Assembly (NCBI GenBank): GCA_965217895.1
Contig: CBDCJV010000002.1
Location: 960,001 to 1,024,000, forward strand
Length of the DNA stretch: 64,000 nt
Source: Waterburya sp.
GTDB taxonomy: Bacteria; Cyanobacteriota; Cyanobacteriia; Cyanobacteriales; Xenococcaceae
Direction: 5' to 3'
Shown here: positions 51,415-62,282 of the stretch, one piece after another
Layout: the number at the start of each line of letters is the position of its first letter
Numbering within the stretch: the stretch's first letter is position 1
Program-made: the position numbers and the translations under genes
The notes under the pieces: generated by a model
Told to the model about the DNA's origin: nothing
Databases searched by the model: none
The model's input: only the letters and a program-made list of their open reading frames with translations

Positions 51415-52425
51415 ATGACCTTAGAAAACAATTCACCAAATAATTGGGCGCGATCGCCCGTAGTTTTGATTGCACCCTTCTTTTTTCTTGGTACAGCAAT
51501 GGTGGCAATGAAGGCTATCATTAACGATACTACGCCTTTATTCATGGCTGGTTTTCGTTTAGTTCCTGCAGGAATCATTATTCTGCTATTAGCAGTTTGG
51601 TGGAAATTACCCCAACCCAAAACTTGGCAAGCTTGGTCATGGATCATCTTATTTTCTCTGGTTGATGGAGCAATGTTTCAAGGTTTCCTGACAGAAGGAT
51701 TAGTTAATACTGGAGCAGGCATTGGTGCAGTACTAATTGATGCCCAACCTTTGGTAGTGGCAGTTCTCTCCAGATTTCTATTCGCAGAATTAATTGGCTT
51801 ATGGGGTTGGTTAGGTTTGACTTTAGGATTGATTGGAATTTGTTGTTGTGGATTGCCAAATCAATGGATTACTAGCTTAGCTTCAGGAAATTTCAACTTT
51901 TTACAAAGTCAATTCACTTCTCTTAGCTGGCAAGGCGTACTTCAGAGTGGTGAATTGTTGATGCTTTTAGCTGCTCTTTCTATGTCTTTTGGCACAATTA
52001 TGATTCGTTATGTGCGCCAGCACGTAGATGTAATTGTAGCAACAGGCTGGCATATGCTCTTGGGTGGAATTCCTTTATTAATTGCCTCTGCATGGACTGA
52101 ATCTAATCAATGGAGTAATTTAGACAGTACAGGTTGGTCAGCTTTGGCTTATGCAACCTTGTTCGGCACTGCATTAACCTACGGACTCTTCTTTTATTTA
52201 GCTTCTGTTGGCAACCTTACTAGCGTCAGCGCACTTATATTTCTAACACCCGTTTTTGCCATGTTGTTTAGTTACATATTTTTGTCAGAAACGCTCACTT
52301 TTATTCAATGGATAGGTGTTGTTTTGGCTTTAATTGGTGTCATGTTAGTTATTCAACGAGAAAAAATTACTAACAAATTAAATTCTTTGGTAGATAAGTC
52401 TGATAGCCTGACTAATCCAAATTAA
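51415..52425 (+). CDS. DMT/EamA family transporter
   Basis: About 10 TMs in two EamA repeats; LIDAQPL, FLTPVFA. Confidence 0.9.
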   Translation: MTLENNSPNNWARSPVVLIAPFFFLGTAMVAMKAIINDTTPLFMAGFRLVPAGIIILLLAVWWKLPQPKTWQAWSWIILFSLVDGAMFQGFLTEGLVNTGAGIGAVLIDAQPLVVAVLSRFLFAELIGLWGWLGLTLGLIGICCCGLPNQWITSLASGNFNFLQSQFTSLSWQGVLQSGELLMLLAALSMSFGTIMIRYVRQHVDVIVATGWHMLLGGIPLLIASAWTESNQWSNLDSTGWSALAYATLFGTALTYGLFFYLASVGNLTSVSALIFLTPVFAMLFSYIFLSETLTFIQWIGVVLALIGVMLVIQREKITNKLNSLVDKSDSLTNPN

Positions 52426-52443
52426 CTTGTACAATCAGCAAGT

Positions 52444-52926
52444 CTAAGAAAAAAATGAAATCGCCCCTATTTTTCCTTTAACTACCTGCAAATAATCTTG
52501 GGGAGTTAACATAATCAAAGTACCTCGCACCCCAGCCGAGACAGTAATGCGATCAAAAGCTTCGATTATTTCATCTACATAAACGGGATAGTCTTTTTTA
52601 CTAGCTATAGCTGTTACTCCTCCGCGAACATATCCTGTAAGCGATTTCAACTCTTTCAATGCAATCATTTCTAATTTACGTTCTCTAGTTAACTTAGCCA
52701 TTGCTTTCAAGTCTAGCTGGGCATTACCAGGAATTACAGCAAAATAAATATTGTTGGCATTACTGCAAACTACCAAGGTTTTAAAAACTTGTTCAGGCGC
52801 AAGGTTTAGTTTATTAGCCGTACTTTCTGCGGTTAAATCTTCTATATCTACTTCATAATCGAGCAATTCATATGCTATGTCCGAAGAATCGAGCAGACGT
52901 ACCGCATTGGTTTTTGATATCGGCAT
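52444..52926 (-). CDS. ybaK: Cys-tRNA(Pro) deacylase
   Basis: KTNAVRLL, VFKTLV, TGYVRGG, VSAGVRG. Confidence 0.93.
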   Translation of the reverse strand: MPISKTNAVRLLDSSDIAYELLDYEVDIEDLTAESTANKLNLAPEQVFKTLVVCSNANNIYFAVIPGNAQLDLKAMAKLTRERKLEMIALKELKSLTGYVRGGVTAIASKKDYPVYVDEIIEAFDRITVSAGVRGTLIMLTPQDYLQVVKGKIGAISFFS

Positions 52927-53014
52927 TATATTACTATTTTCTGACTTTGTACGGGCAAGCCCTTTGTGACTCGTTACAGTTGACTTTATTTTGCCTACCT
53001 ATTTAAAACTCAAT

Positions 53015-53029
53015 TGTATACTGTATGCA
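53015..53029. promoter_or_regulatory. third copy of the palindromic operator, upstream of the porin
   Basis: TGTATACTGTATGCA. Confidence 0.5.
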
Positions 53030-53082
53030 GTTATACTTTTGTTCTCAGCCAATAATGATAATTTTGCCTATTATCAACAGGT

Positions 53083-54957
53083 GTGAGAGTCAAAATGAAT
53101 ATTCAAAAAACAAAACAATGGCATTTAGAATCTAGCAGCAAATTTAATTTAATTAACACTTCAATTCTATTATTTTTACCTTTTGCTATATTATCGGCTT
53201 CGGCGCTAGAAGCCACTGCATCAGAAGAAGTGAATAGCTTCGACGACACTGGCGGGATGTCGCAGGTTAATAATGTTAGACAGTTAGAATCAAAGAAAGG
53301 TTTAGAAAGCCATGACGATAATAGCGAGATGTCTCAGGTTACAAACGTTCAGCAGCTAAGAGATGTTTTGCCCACAGATTGGGCTTATGAAGCATTACGT
53401 TCATTGGTAGATCGTTATGGTTGCATTGCTGGTTTTCCCAATCAAACTTATCGCGGTAATCAACCCCTGTCTCGCTACGAATTTGCTGCGGGTTTAAACT
53501 CCTGTTTAAGTCAAATCGAGCGATTAATTGCCTCGTCAGGAAGTGTCTCTCCATCTGACGTAGAAACTATTCAACGCTTAAACCAAGAATTCGCAGCAGA
53601 ATTAGCAACCCTTGGTGGCAGAGTCGATGAATTGGAAAGTCGGACTGCTGTAGTAGAAGATAATCAGTTTTCTACTACAGCTAAATTTACAGGCAATGTC
53701 TTTTTAAACGCTACAGGTGCAACTGCAAGTGGTGATGTTTTAGCAGAAGCAGCTAGTCTTGATACACCCTTAAATCTTCGCCGTGGAGGAAGAGATGCAA
53801 ATAATAATCCTCTAATCAGCAATATTACAAACGATCCTGAAATTACCTTTAGTTATTACACCTGGTTAAACTTTGACTCTTCATTTACAGGAGAAGATAA
53901 CTTAACCCTTCAATTAGTAGCAGGTAACGGTAATTCTCCCGCCAACAATTATGTTTCCGCAGGGCTTTACAATACTTTTGGCGTTCCTTTTACCGATCAA
54001 ACAGGTACAGCTACAGGAACAGGTACTGTCGAGTTACGAGAACTATCATATGATTTTCCCATTGGCGATAAGCTTAGGGTGATAGTCGGCCCTAGAATTA
54101 ACTGGTATCGCTATTTTGACAACAATAACTATACCTTCTTCCTTACTGGCGCAAGTAGCTATAACTCTAGTGGTGGGACTTTAGTAAATCCAGTTGACCG
54201 TGGTTCGGGTGCAGTAATAACCTATGACCTTATTGATTCACTAAGCTTTAAAATCGGTTATTTGGGAGAAAACACCGAGTTTTTACCCGCAGAGTTCTTT
54301 AATACTTCTTCTGATCCTAATAAAGGGTTATTTAGTGCTACTCAAAGCCTCACTGCCGAATTAGATTTTGCGATCGCTGAAAAGGCAAATATTCGCTTAT
54401 TATACACCAGGGCTACCATAGACAATAATCAACCTATCTTAGATGCAAATGGCAACGTCACAGGCTTTGGTGTCGGTGGAGCAACAGGGGAACCCATCTA
54501 TGGTGTAGCTGATGATGGTTTTGGTGGCACAATTGGAGATGCTCCTTCTGATACTTTTTTAGTTAACTTTGACTGGACAATTTTTGATAAGCTGGGAGTA
54601 TTTGGACGCTATGAATATGGCAGTACCAGCATCAGACCGACAAATCCCGCTTTAGACAATGGTAAAGTTAATGCTCAGTCTTTCCAAGCTGGATTAGCTT
54701 TCCCTGACTTGGGCAAAGAAGGTGCATTAGGGACTTTATCTTTTGTAGTTCCTTTTGACGTGCTTGATGGAGAAGAGTTTTTAGTATCTGGTTCGGGTGA
54801 TGGAGGTACTCAATACGACTTTGAAGCTACCTATAATTTCCCTGTCAATGACAACCTCTCTATTCTTCCTGCTTTTTACCTAACAATTAACCCCAATAAC
54901 TTTCAAGATAACCCCGATATTTATGTAGGTAATTTGCGGATGCAGTTTAAGCTGTAG
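53083..54957 (+). CDS. cyanobacterial SLH-domain porin (OprB / iron-uptake porin family)
   Basis: DVLPTDWAYEALRSLVDRYGC, SRYEFAAGL, QFSTT; terminal beta-strand GNLRMQFKL. Confidence 0.93.
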   Translation: MRVKMNIQKTKQWHLESSSKFNLINTSILLFLPFAILSASALEATASEEVNSFDDTGGMSQVNNVRQLESKKGLESHDDNSEMSQVTNVQQLRDVLPTDWAYEALRSLVDRYGCIAGFPNQTYRGNQPLSRYEFAAGLNSCLSQIERLIASSGSVSPSDVETIQRLNQEFAAELATLGGRVDELESRTAVVEDNQFSTTAKFTGNVFLNATGATASGDVLAEAASLDTPLNLRRGGRDANNNPLISNITNDPEITFSYYTWLNFDSSFTGEDNLTLQLVAGNGNSPANNYVSAGLYNTFGVPFTDQTGTATGTGTVELRELSYDFPIGDKLRVIVGPRINWYRYFDNNNYTFFLTGASSYNSSGGTLVNPVDRGSGAVITYDLIDSLSFKIGYLGENTEFLPAEFFNTSSDPNKGLFSATQSLTAELDFAIAEKANIRLLYTRATIDNNQPILDANGNVTGFGVGGATGEPIYGVADDGFGGTIGDAPSDTFLVNFDWTIFDKLGVFGRYEYGSTSIRPTNPALDNGKVNAQSFQAGLAFPDLGKEGALGTLSFVVPFDVLDGEEFLVSGSGDGGTQYDFEATYNFPVNDNLSILPAFYLTINPNNFQDNPDIYVGNLRMQFKL

Positions 54958-55059
54958 CCAATACTAAGCAAAAATGAAAGAATTTAAGCAACCAAAATAG
55001 TCCTGATGAATGATTGCTAAAATCTTCGGCTTTGCTGCATGATTATAGATAATTTGCAA

Positions 55060-55098
55060 AAACCTCTTGATAGTTAATGATTAACTATCAAGAGGTTT
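55060..55098. terminator. perfect 39-bp palindrome downstream of the porin
   Basis: AAACCTCTTGATAGTTAAT-G-ATTAACTATCAAGAGGTTT. Confidence 0.55.
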
Positions 55099-55632
55099 AG
55101 TAATATTTAGTTACATTTAACTAAGAAAGTTAGACTGCGCTGTGATTGTTAAGTTCTCACAACTATCTATAGCTATGTTGATTGATGACCAATTACCAAT
55201 AAGAAAAGAACATCTTTAAAAGCAGGATCGCACCCTCAGCTTTTCAGGTATGACTCGGGATGATTAAGAAAAGTTTAATGCCGTTGAATATTTAGCCTAT
55301 CGTACATCTTTTTTAAATGGAGTAATTACTATTATGTCTCCAAGTCAAAACCATGAGACAATTAAAGACTTCATCTTTTTACTAATTATTACTTATGGTG
55401 ATGCCTTTGATTTAGATTACTATTCTACAGGTTCAAACACTTTCAAAGACCAAAATAAGCAGGTAGGAATCAACTGTAATTATAGTTTTATGATCGACTG
55501 ATGTTAAGGATTCATTATTTTTTCTTAATAAGCATAAACTTAAAGTATTTATTGTCAAGCATAAAAAGCATTTTTTAATTATCGTTAAAAAAATAAAAAA
55601 TAGTGGTTTAAGAAAAATAGATAAGAAAGATT

Positions 55633-56112
55633 ATGAAACCTTTTTTTTCATTTTTATTCCTACCTATAACCGTCCTGAGAGACTTGAAAGTTGTTTAAAA
55701 GCGATCGCTTTGAGGTGATTGTGGTGGATGACGGTAGCAAAACGCCTTTAGATTCAGTAGTTACACCTTTAAAGAACAAAATAAACATTAACTTATTGCG
55801 TCAAGAAAATGCTGGACTTGCTGCTGCCATAAATAAGGGCGCAGAGATGGCAACAAAAGAGTTTTTTGCTTTTACTGATGATGATTGCCAACCTACTGCT
55901 GATGGGTTAAATTGCTTTGCTGCTGGTTTTAACGATGATCCAGAAGCCATGATTGGCGGTAAGACGATTAATGCTTAGATAGTAACCCTTGTTCTACTGC
56001 ATCCCAGAAGCTAATTGACTATCTCTACGAGTATTAAAATCCAGCCAAAGGTAAAAATGCTTTTTTTCCTCTAATAATATTGCCATGCCCGCTGCTAATT
56101 TCAAAGCTTTGA
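55633..56112 (+). pseudogene. GT2 glycosyltransferase pseudogene
   Basis: MKPFFS/IPTYNRPERL..CL, DRFEVIVVDDGS, RQENAG, AFTDDDC, SNNIA read across several frames; frameshifts, stops and a 3' truncation. Confidence 0.88.
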
Positions 56113-56270
56113 AGAGAATTTATTCTTTGCTTAAACCCATGTTATAAAAGTTTCATTAACTTAGATTTTGCTCGAACCTGTGTTATCTATATCTATAGAT
56201 TGAAACCAAAATAAACTAACTGTTTGAAAGTTAATTTTAATTAAAATTCTATTGGAGGTAATTAGCTACC

Positions 56271-56981
56271 GTGAACTTTTTAGAGATTATTGATAAAGGT
56301 GGTCCATCAATGTATCCCCTACTTTTATTGTCAGTGCTATCTATTGCGACAATTTTAGAGCGACTTTGGTTTTGGTCTAGGGTAGTTTTTAAAGAGAAAA
56401 AGATATTTAATCGTCTGATGGAAGCTGCCGAGCGCAATTGGGATTTAGTTGGTAAGATTGCTCAGGAATATATTAATCATCCTTTAGGAAGTTTTGTTTA
56501 TTCTCCTTTTCGATTATCTAATCCTGACCCCGATATGTTTCACATTGCCTTAGAATCGGCTGCCGAAGAACAGCTAGCGCGGATGCGTAAGGGAGATAAA
56601 GTTTTAGAAGCAATTATTGCTCTTTCGCCTTTGTTGGGCTTATTTGGTACGGTTTGGGGTCTAATTCAAGCCTTAAGTTCAATTAAAATTAGCGATTTAG
56701 GTACAGCCGATACATCTGGAGTGACTCTAGGTATTGGTGAATCGCTGATTTCTACTGCTGTGGGACTAATGATCGCGATCATTAGCTTAAGTTTTTATCG
56801 TTTGTTTCAGGCTTTTTGGTCAAACCAAATTAGAATATTGCGCCGTACTGGTAGTCGTTTAGAAGTAATGTATCGCGATCGCTGGATGCAGGAAGACGAC
56901 GATGAACCTAAAAATATTGTAGTGGATAATGAAGGATATTCTTTTGTTAATATCAAACCACCTGGAATCAATGACCAATGA
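56271..56981 (+). CDS. exbB: MotA/TolQ/ExbB proton channel protein
   Basis: [34 protein letters not shown]. Confidence 0.9.
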   Translation: MNFLEIIDKGGPSMYPLLLLSVLSIATILERLWFWSRVVFKEKKIFNRLMEAAERNWDLVGKIAQEYINHPLGSFVYSPFRLSNPDPDMFHIALESAAEEQLARMRKGDKVLEAIIALSPLLGLFGTVWGLIQALSSIKISDLGTADTSGVTLGIGESLISTAVGLMIAIISLSFYRLFQAFWSNQIRILRRTGSRLEVMYRDRWMQEDDDEPKNIVVDNEGYSFVNIKPPGINDQ

Positions 56982-57000
56982 CCAATGAACAATGAACAAT
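56969..57000. repeat. heptamer tandem repeat CAATGA(C/A) x4
   Basis: CAATGAC CAATGAC CAATGAA CAATGAA CAAT, overlapping the exbB stop. Confidence 0.8.
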
Positions 57001-57017
57001 TATCAGTAATTATATTT

Positions 57018-57575
57018 ATGAGTCGTAAAAGAAAGTATCAGCCCAAGCCTTTACAACCTTTTAAGCTCTGGGAAGACGATAGCGAAACTAGTGATGCAAA
57101 TATTCAAATTCTGCCGTTAATTGACGTTATATTTTGTATTTTGACGTTTTTTATCTTGGCTGCGGTTAGTTTTTCTCGCCAGCAGGCAATTAGCTTAGAT
57201 TTACCCAAAGCCAAAACAGGTGCGCCTCAACTGCAAAATATTTTAATTGTAACCATTGATGATCTTGGTCAGCTATATGTCGATAAAGACCTTGTTAGTC
57301 GTAGTGATTTAGCCTGGGAAATTAAAAAATATAATCAGGCTAATCCTGATGGCTTAATGACTCTCTATGCAGCTAAAAATTCAACCTATAGAGAGGTAGT
57401 AGAAGTATTAGATATACTTCGTGAAGTCGGAGGCGATCGCGTTGCTTTAGCCACACTTCCCGAAGGTTCAGAAGCACCCACAGTCCCACCGACTCCAGGA
57501 GTCAATCCCGCTCTCCCAGGATTACCAGGCAGCGTCGATCCTTTTCTCAATCCCCCAACACCCCCAAATCCCTAA
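57018..57575 (+). CDS. exbD: ExbD/TolR biopolymer transporter
   Basis: ILPLIDVIFCILTFFI; VVEVLDILREVGG.RVALAT. ATG at 57018 preferred, since the upstream ATGs lie in the heptamer repeat. Confidence 0.9.
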   Translation: MSRKRKYQPKPLQPFKLWEDDSETSDANIQILPLIDVIFCILTFFILAAVSFSRQQAISLDLPKAKTGAPQLQNILIVTIDDLGQLYVDKDLVSRSDLAWEIKKYNQANPDGLMTLYAAKNSTYREVVEVLDILREVGGDRVALATLPEGSEAPTVPPTPGVNPALPGLPGSVDPFLNPPTPPNP

Positions 57576-57611
57576 ATGATAGGGAGTCAGGAAAGCAAAT
57601 TTCTATTTCTT

Positions 57612-57642
57612 ACTCCCTGCGGGGGGTACCCCTTGGCTACTT
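57612..57642. repeat. short dispersed repeat, copy 2
   Basis: 29/31 identical to 33567-33597. Confidence 0.8.
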
Positions 57643-57654
57643 GTTACTTCTTAC

Positions 57655-57996
57655 TTATCCAGGCGGCCAGTTCATAGAGCGATCGCCTAAAATATGCAGA
57701 TGCAAATGATCTACACTTTGTCCTGCATCTGCACCATTATTAATAACTACTCGATAGCCATTGCTTAAGTTTGCTTGTTCAGCAACTTTTTTAACCGTCA
57801 TTAATAAATGTCCCATCAGTGCTGCATCTTCTTGACTCGCTGCTGACAGTTGAGAAATTGGCTTTTTGGGAATTACTAAAATATGGGTTGGTGCTTGAGG
57901 ATTAACATCTTTGAAAGCTAAAGCTAAATCATCTTCATAAACAATATCGGCAGGAATCTCACGACGAATAATCTTACTGAAAATAGTCTCTGTCAT
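57655..57996 (-). CDS. histidine triad nucleotide-binding protein (HinT)
   Basis: [28 protein letters not shown]. Confidence 0.95.
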   Translation of the reverse strand: MTETIFSKIIRREIPADIVYEDDLALAFKDVNPQAPTHILVIPKKPISQLSAASQEDAALMGHLLMTVKKVAEQANLSNGYRVVINNGADAGQSVDHLHLHILGDRSMNWPPG

Positions 57997-58351
57997 AAGC
58001 TTAATGCTAATTAAAACTGCCTAATTTTTACAATAACCATTATTGTATTATTATCCTAGCGTAACCATGAAAAATTCCCGCGATCGCAACTAGTCCCGTA
58101 ATTAAGCTCAGGTTAGGACGATTTTTGACAGCTATCATTATCCCAAACAGCAGCACAGATGCAGAGATAAACAATTCGGGTTGAGTTGGTAAACAAAGGA
58201 AAGCGCGATCGCCCTCCTTCCATTCCTCATAGTGATACCAATTTGTTAATAGTCTATAAAGATTTAATAATAGGTATTGTTTATGCTGGCAAAAATGTTA
58301 TCTTATATATCCAACCATTTGCATACACTATTTTTTATCAATATAAAGTCC

Positions 58352-58513
58352 ATGATGAACAATAAACGTCAAGACATACTGAAAGATGCCAATCTCAGCC
58401 ACCGCGAGAGCATGAGAAAAAGCTTGAATACACGCCTAGAAGCTGCCAGAGCTAATGGAAACGAAAATTTAGTTAAACAGCTAGAAGCAGAAGCAAAATA
58501 TCTTCATCTCTAG
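58352..58513 (+). CDS. pirA: PII-interacting regulator of arginine synthesis (Ssr0692/PirA-like)
   Basis: MMNNKRQ...HRESMRKSLNTRLEAARANGNENLVKQLEAE matches the PirA pattern; strong terminator follows. Confidence 0.8.
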   Translation: MMNNKRQDILKDANLSHRESMRKSLNTRLEAARANGNENLVKQLEAEAKYLHL

Positions 58514-58575
58514 ACAAATGACCGATCGCTGGAGATTCTTAATCTTTAAGCAACTAAAATGATAATTTGAGCATG

Positions 58576-58604
58576 AAAGGGTTTAGCTTGCTAAACCCTT
58601 TTTT
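58576..58604 (+). terminator. intrinsic terminator of pirA
   Basis: AAAGGGTTTAGC-TT-GCTAAACCCTTTTTT. Confidence 0.85.
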
Positions 58605-58724
58605 ATTAATTAGCTTTTGACTTTTGCGCTGTTCCACACCCGCGTTGACTTCCAAAGTAGGGTATTTATTAACTTGCCAGATAACAGTAAGCTTGATTAA
58701 GTGGCGTTTGTAGCAAAAAAATCA

Positions 58725-59960
58725 ATGGCAACAATTAACGATAATTACCTTAAACTTAAAGCAGGATATTTATTCCCAGAAATTGCAAGAAGAGTTAGTG
58801 CTTATGCAGCAGATAATCCCGATGCACCAATTATCAAGCTGGGTATCGGCGACGTTACCGAACCTTTGCCCGCAGCCTGTCGCGAGGCAATTATTAAAGC
58901 GACTCATGAAATGGGCGATCGCGCTACTTTCCAAGGTTATGGTCCAGAACAGGGATATCTGTGGTTAAGAGACAAAATCGCTGAACATGACTTTCAATCA
59001 CGCGGTTGTGCTATAGACGCATCCGAAATCTTTATCTCAGACGGTTCTAAATGCGATTGCGGGAATATTCTCGATATTTTTGGCAACGATAACAAAATTG
59101 CCGTCACCGATCCTGTATATCCCGTGTATGTTGACACTAACGTGATGGCAGGACATACAGGAGAAGTCAGCGAAGATGGCAAATACGCAGGCTTAGTTTA
59201 CCTGCCTATCAGTGCAGACAATGACTTTACGGCTGAGATTCCCACAGAGAAAGTAGACTTAATCTATCTCTGCTTTCCTAACAATCCTACTGGCGCAACT
59301 GCTACTAAAGAACACCTCAAAGCTTGGGTAGATTATGCCAACCAGCATGACTCGCTAATTTTATTTGACGCAGCCTACGAGGCATATATTACCGATCCAG
59401 ATTTACCCCACTCCATTTATGAAATAGAAGGAGCAAAAGACTGTGCGATCGAGTTTCGTTCTTTTTCCAAAAATGCTGGTTTTACAGGTACTCGTTGCGC
59501 TTTTACAGTTGTTCCTCAAAACCTAATGGGTAAGGCTGCTGATGGAACTGAGGTTAAACTATGGCAGCTTTGGAATCGTCGTCAGGCAACTAAGTTTAAC
59601 GGTGTTTCCTACATCGTTCAAAGAGGTGCAGAGGCAGTTTATTCTCAAGCTGGACAAGAACAAATCAAAGAATTAATCAGCTTCTATTTAGAAAATGGCA
59701 AAATCATTCGCGAACAGCTAACTGCAGCCCGAATCAAAGTATATGGTGGCATAAATGCCCCCTATGTATGGGTAAAAACTCCTGACGGCTTGTCTAGCTG
59801 GGATTTCTTTGATAAATTACTGTTGAACTGCAACGTAGTCGGTACACCTGGATCTGGTTTTGGTGCAGCAGGTGAAGGCTATTTTCGGATCTCTGCATTC
59901 AACAGCCGAGAAAACGTTAACGAGGCAATGAAAAGAATTACCGAAAAATTTAAAGCTTAG
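58725..59960 (+). CDS. dapL: LL-diaminopimelate aminotransferase
   Basis: [51 protein letters not shown] at 58725. Confidence 0.97.
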   Translation: MATINDNYLKLKAGYLFPEIARRVSAYAADNPDAPIIKLGIGDVTEPLPAACREAIIKATHEMGDRATFQGYGPEQGYLWLRDKIAEHDFQSRGCAIDASEIFISDGSKCDCGNILDIFGNDNKIAVTDPVYPVYVDTNVMAGHTGEVSEDGKYAGLVYLPISADNDFTAEIPTEKVDLIYLCFPNNPTGATATKEHLKAWVDYANQHDSLILFDAAYEAYITDPDLPHSIYEIEGAKDCAIEFRSFSKNAGFTGTRCAFTVVPQNLMGKAADGTEVKLWQLWNRRQATKFNGVSYIVQRGAEAVYSQAGQEQIKELISFYLENGKIIREQLTAARIKVYGGINAPYVWVKTPDGLSSWDFFDKLLLNCNVVGTPGSGFGAAGEGYFRISAFNSRENVNEAMKRITEKFKA

Positions 59961-60069
59961 CTATAGCTTGTACAAACTGCTTTAAAACTAGATGAGCTAG
60001 GCGAAAATCCCACCAATAAAGGGTTGACGATTTGTGTTAACCTTCTTTTACTGTTATATTTTGCCCTGC

Positions 60070-61149
60070 ATGAGTGAAGCTACCGTAGTTAATGGAAATG
60101 GAGTCTCGAATGTCTCTAACGAAGAAATCGTTGCTGCATTAGAGATTCCCGCAGATTTTAATTTTGATTTGCCAGATCCTGAAGATGAAGCAATTGGTGA
60201 GTCGGATTTTCAGCATCAATTAGATACGATCTGGAAAATATGCGATCGCTTTGATCTGCAAACAGACATCTGGCGGGGACGTATTTTACGTTCAGTCAGA
60301 GACAGAGAAAAGAAAGGAGGTGAAGGCAGAGGGGTAGGATTTCTTAACTGGCTCAAAGATCGCGAAATTACTAAATCTCAGGCTTACGCTTTGATTCAAT
60401 TGGCAAATAGTGCAGATACGCTATTAGCAGATGGACAGCTAGATCCAGAAAGCATTAACAATTTTAGTAAGCGAGCATTTGTGGAAACCGCTAAATCTGC
60501 CCCTGAAGTTCAGCAGTTGGTTAGTGAGGCTGCTCAAAAAGGCGATCGCATTACCCGCCGTGAAGTTAAGCAGCTTTCTGATGAGTGGACTGCCATGAGT
60601 TCGGAATTACTCCCCGATGAAGTCAAAGAAAAAGCAGCAGAAGGTATTTTACCTGCTCGTCATCTTGCTCCCTTGGTGCGGGAAATGGAAAAGTTACCCG
60701 ACTCTCATTTAATAGAAATTAAAAAAGAAATTGCCGAAAGTCCTGATATTGATACGGTTAAGCTGATGACCACTGAGGCAAAAAACTTGGCAAAATATCT
60801 TGATGCTGCTGCCCAGGTGCAAACTTTACGAGACAAGGCGGTAGATATGGAAATGGCTTTAGAAGAAGCGTTGAGACTAGACTGTATTAATACTGCTGCG
60901 GACTTGGTTAAACAAGCCACCACTTTAGAGCAAACTGTAGGCAAACTCTATACTACCTGGAAACGTATGGGTAACGTTGCCGATCGCCTGTATGTAGAAA
61001 CGGGTGCATCTAATCCTCACTTGCGATCGCTGATAACCTGCTTAGAGTCATTGACCAATGACATTATAGAAGTGCCTTTGGATGAAGAAGGCGAGCAGAT
61101 TGTACGTTTAAAGGTAATCACCGAAGATTCTGCTTCAACAGATAATTAG
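60070..61149 (+). CDS. hypothetical protein, helical, cyanobacterial type
   Basis: Long clean ORF (CDRFDLQTDIWRGRILR..RDREK); likely ATG start at 60070. Confidence 0.8.
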   Translation: MSEATVVNGNGVSNVSNEEIVAALEIPADFNFDLPDPEDEAIGESDFQHQLDTIWKICDRFDLQTDIWRGRILRSVRDREKKGGEGRGVGFLNWLKDREITKSQAYALIQLANSADTLLADGQLDPESINNFSKRAFVETAKSAPEVQQLVSEAAQKGDRITRREVKQLSDEWTAMSSELLPDEVKEKAAEGILPARHLAPLVREMEKLPDSHLIEIKKEIAESPDIDTVKLMTTEAKNLAKYLDAAAQVQTLRDKAVDMEMALEEALRLDCINTAADLVKQATTLEQTVGKLYTTWKRMGNVADRLYVETGASNPHLRSLITCLESLTNDIIEVPLDEEGEQIVRLKVITEDSASTDN

Positions 61150-61177
61150 AGGGATTCTAACCAGGAGAAGATACAAA

Positions 61178-61978
61178 ATGCCCAGAACCAAGATTGGTAA
61201 TATTGAGATATACTATGAGGTTCACGGCAGCGGTGAACCTATAGTTTTGATTCACGGCTTGAGCATGGATAGCAGCACATGGTTCAACCAAGTTCCTGTA
61301 CTCTCTCAGAAATATCAGGTCATCGTGTTTGATAATCGTGGTGTTGGACAAACTGATGCTCCTCAAGAAGATTACTCAACCGAGATGATGGCGGATGATG
61401 TTGTCGCCTTATTAAAATTTTTGAATGTGGATAAGGCTCATCTTGTAGGCTTTTCAATGGGCGGTATGATTGCCCAGACCATTGCCTTAAAATATCCTAA
61501 GCTGGTAAAAAGCTTACTGCTAAACGCAACAGCCACTCAGTTTCCTGCCAGAGCCAAATATTTAGTTCAGACATGGATCAGAATGCTCAACGAAAATGTG
61601 TCTATAGAAACCTGGATGAGAGACATCTGCTTGTGGGTTTACACAAATGAGTTTTTTGAAGATGATGAAACTGTGACGGCTTTAGTCAATCTTGCACTCA
61701 ATAATCCTCATCCACAATCCACTCAAGGCTTTGCAGGACAGGTTGCTGCGCTGATGCAACATGACACGCGATCGCAAGTCAGCCAAATCTCAGCTCCGAC
61801 TTTGGTGTTGATTGGTAGAGATGAAATCTTGATTCCTGTAAAATATTCAGAAGAACTTGCTGCCAAGATCCCCAAAGCTGAATTAATGATATTAGAGCGA
61901 GGCGGACATAATAGTTTGATAGAATTTCCCGAGCAGTTTAATCAGGCTGTAATGCAATTTTTAGACGGAGTAGCATAG
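61178..61978 (+). CDS. alpha/beta hydrolase (enol-lactonase-like)
   Basis: LIHGL, FDNRGVG, GFSMGG, GGH; AGGAG RBS. Confidence 0.9.
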   Translation: MPRTKIGNIEIYYEVHGSGEPIVLIHGLSMDSSTWFNQVPVLSQKYQVIVFDNRGVGQTDAPQEDYSTEMMADDVVALLKFLNVDKAHLVGFSMGGMIAQTIALKYPKLVKSLLLNATATQFPARAKYLVQTWIRMLNENVSIETWMRDICLWVYTNEFFEDDETVTALVNLALNNPHPQSTQGFAGQVAALMQHDTRSQVSQISAPTLVLIGRDEILIPVKYSEELAAKIPKAELMILERGGHNSLIEFPEQFNQAVMQFLDGVA

Positions 61979-62282
61979 AGCCTATATTGTGAAAGTAAAA
62001 TAAATTTAATCGGCTTTTCAGCAATTTTTATAAATTCATTGGCAAATATTTCCTGAGAAACGTTAACATAAATTAACAACGTTAAAATTTAAAAGAGCAA
62101 TCAAGGCTGAATTTTTAGATGACCCTTGTAGATAGCAATCTATAACCGTTGGTCAAATCCGATGATGTTAGTGTATTCAGCCTATAATTATCTAAATAAT
62201 CTTTAACAAAGAGCAACAAAGTAGAAATCATTAAAATTAAAGTAAAAAGATTCCTAATCTTCAGCGCAGGGAGGCTGTCAGA

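Noticed and set aside
55334..55501. 55-aa ORF with upstream GGAG
   Set aside because: No recognisable motif and it lies in a decayed AT-rich region; cannot be supported without homology or expression data.
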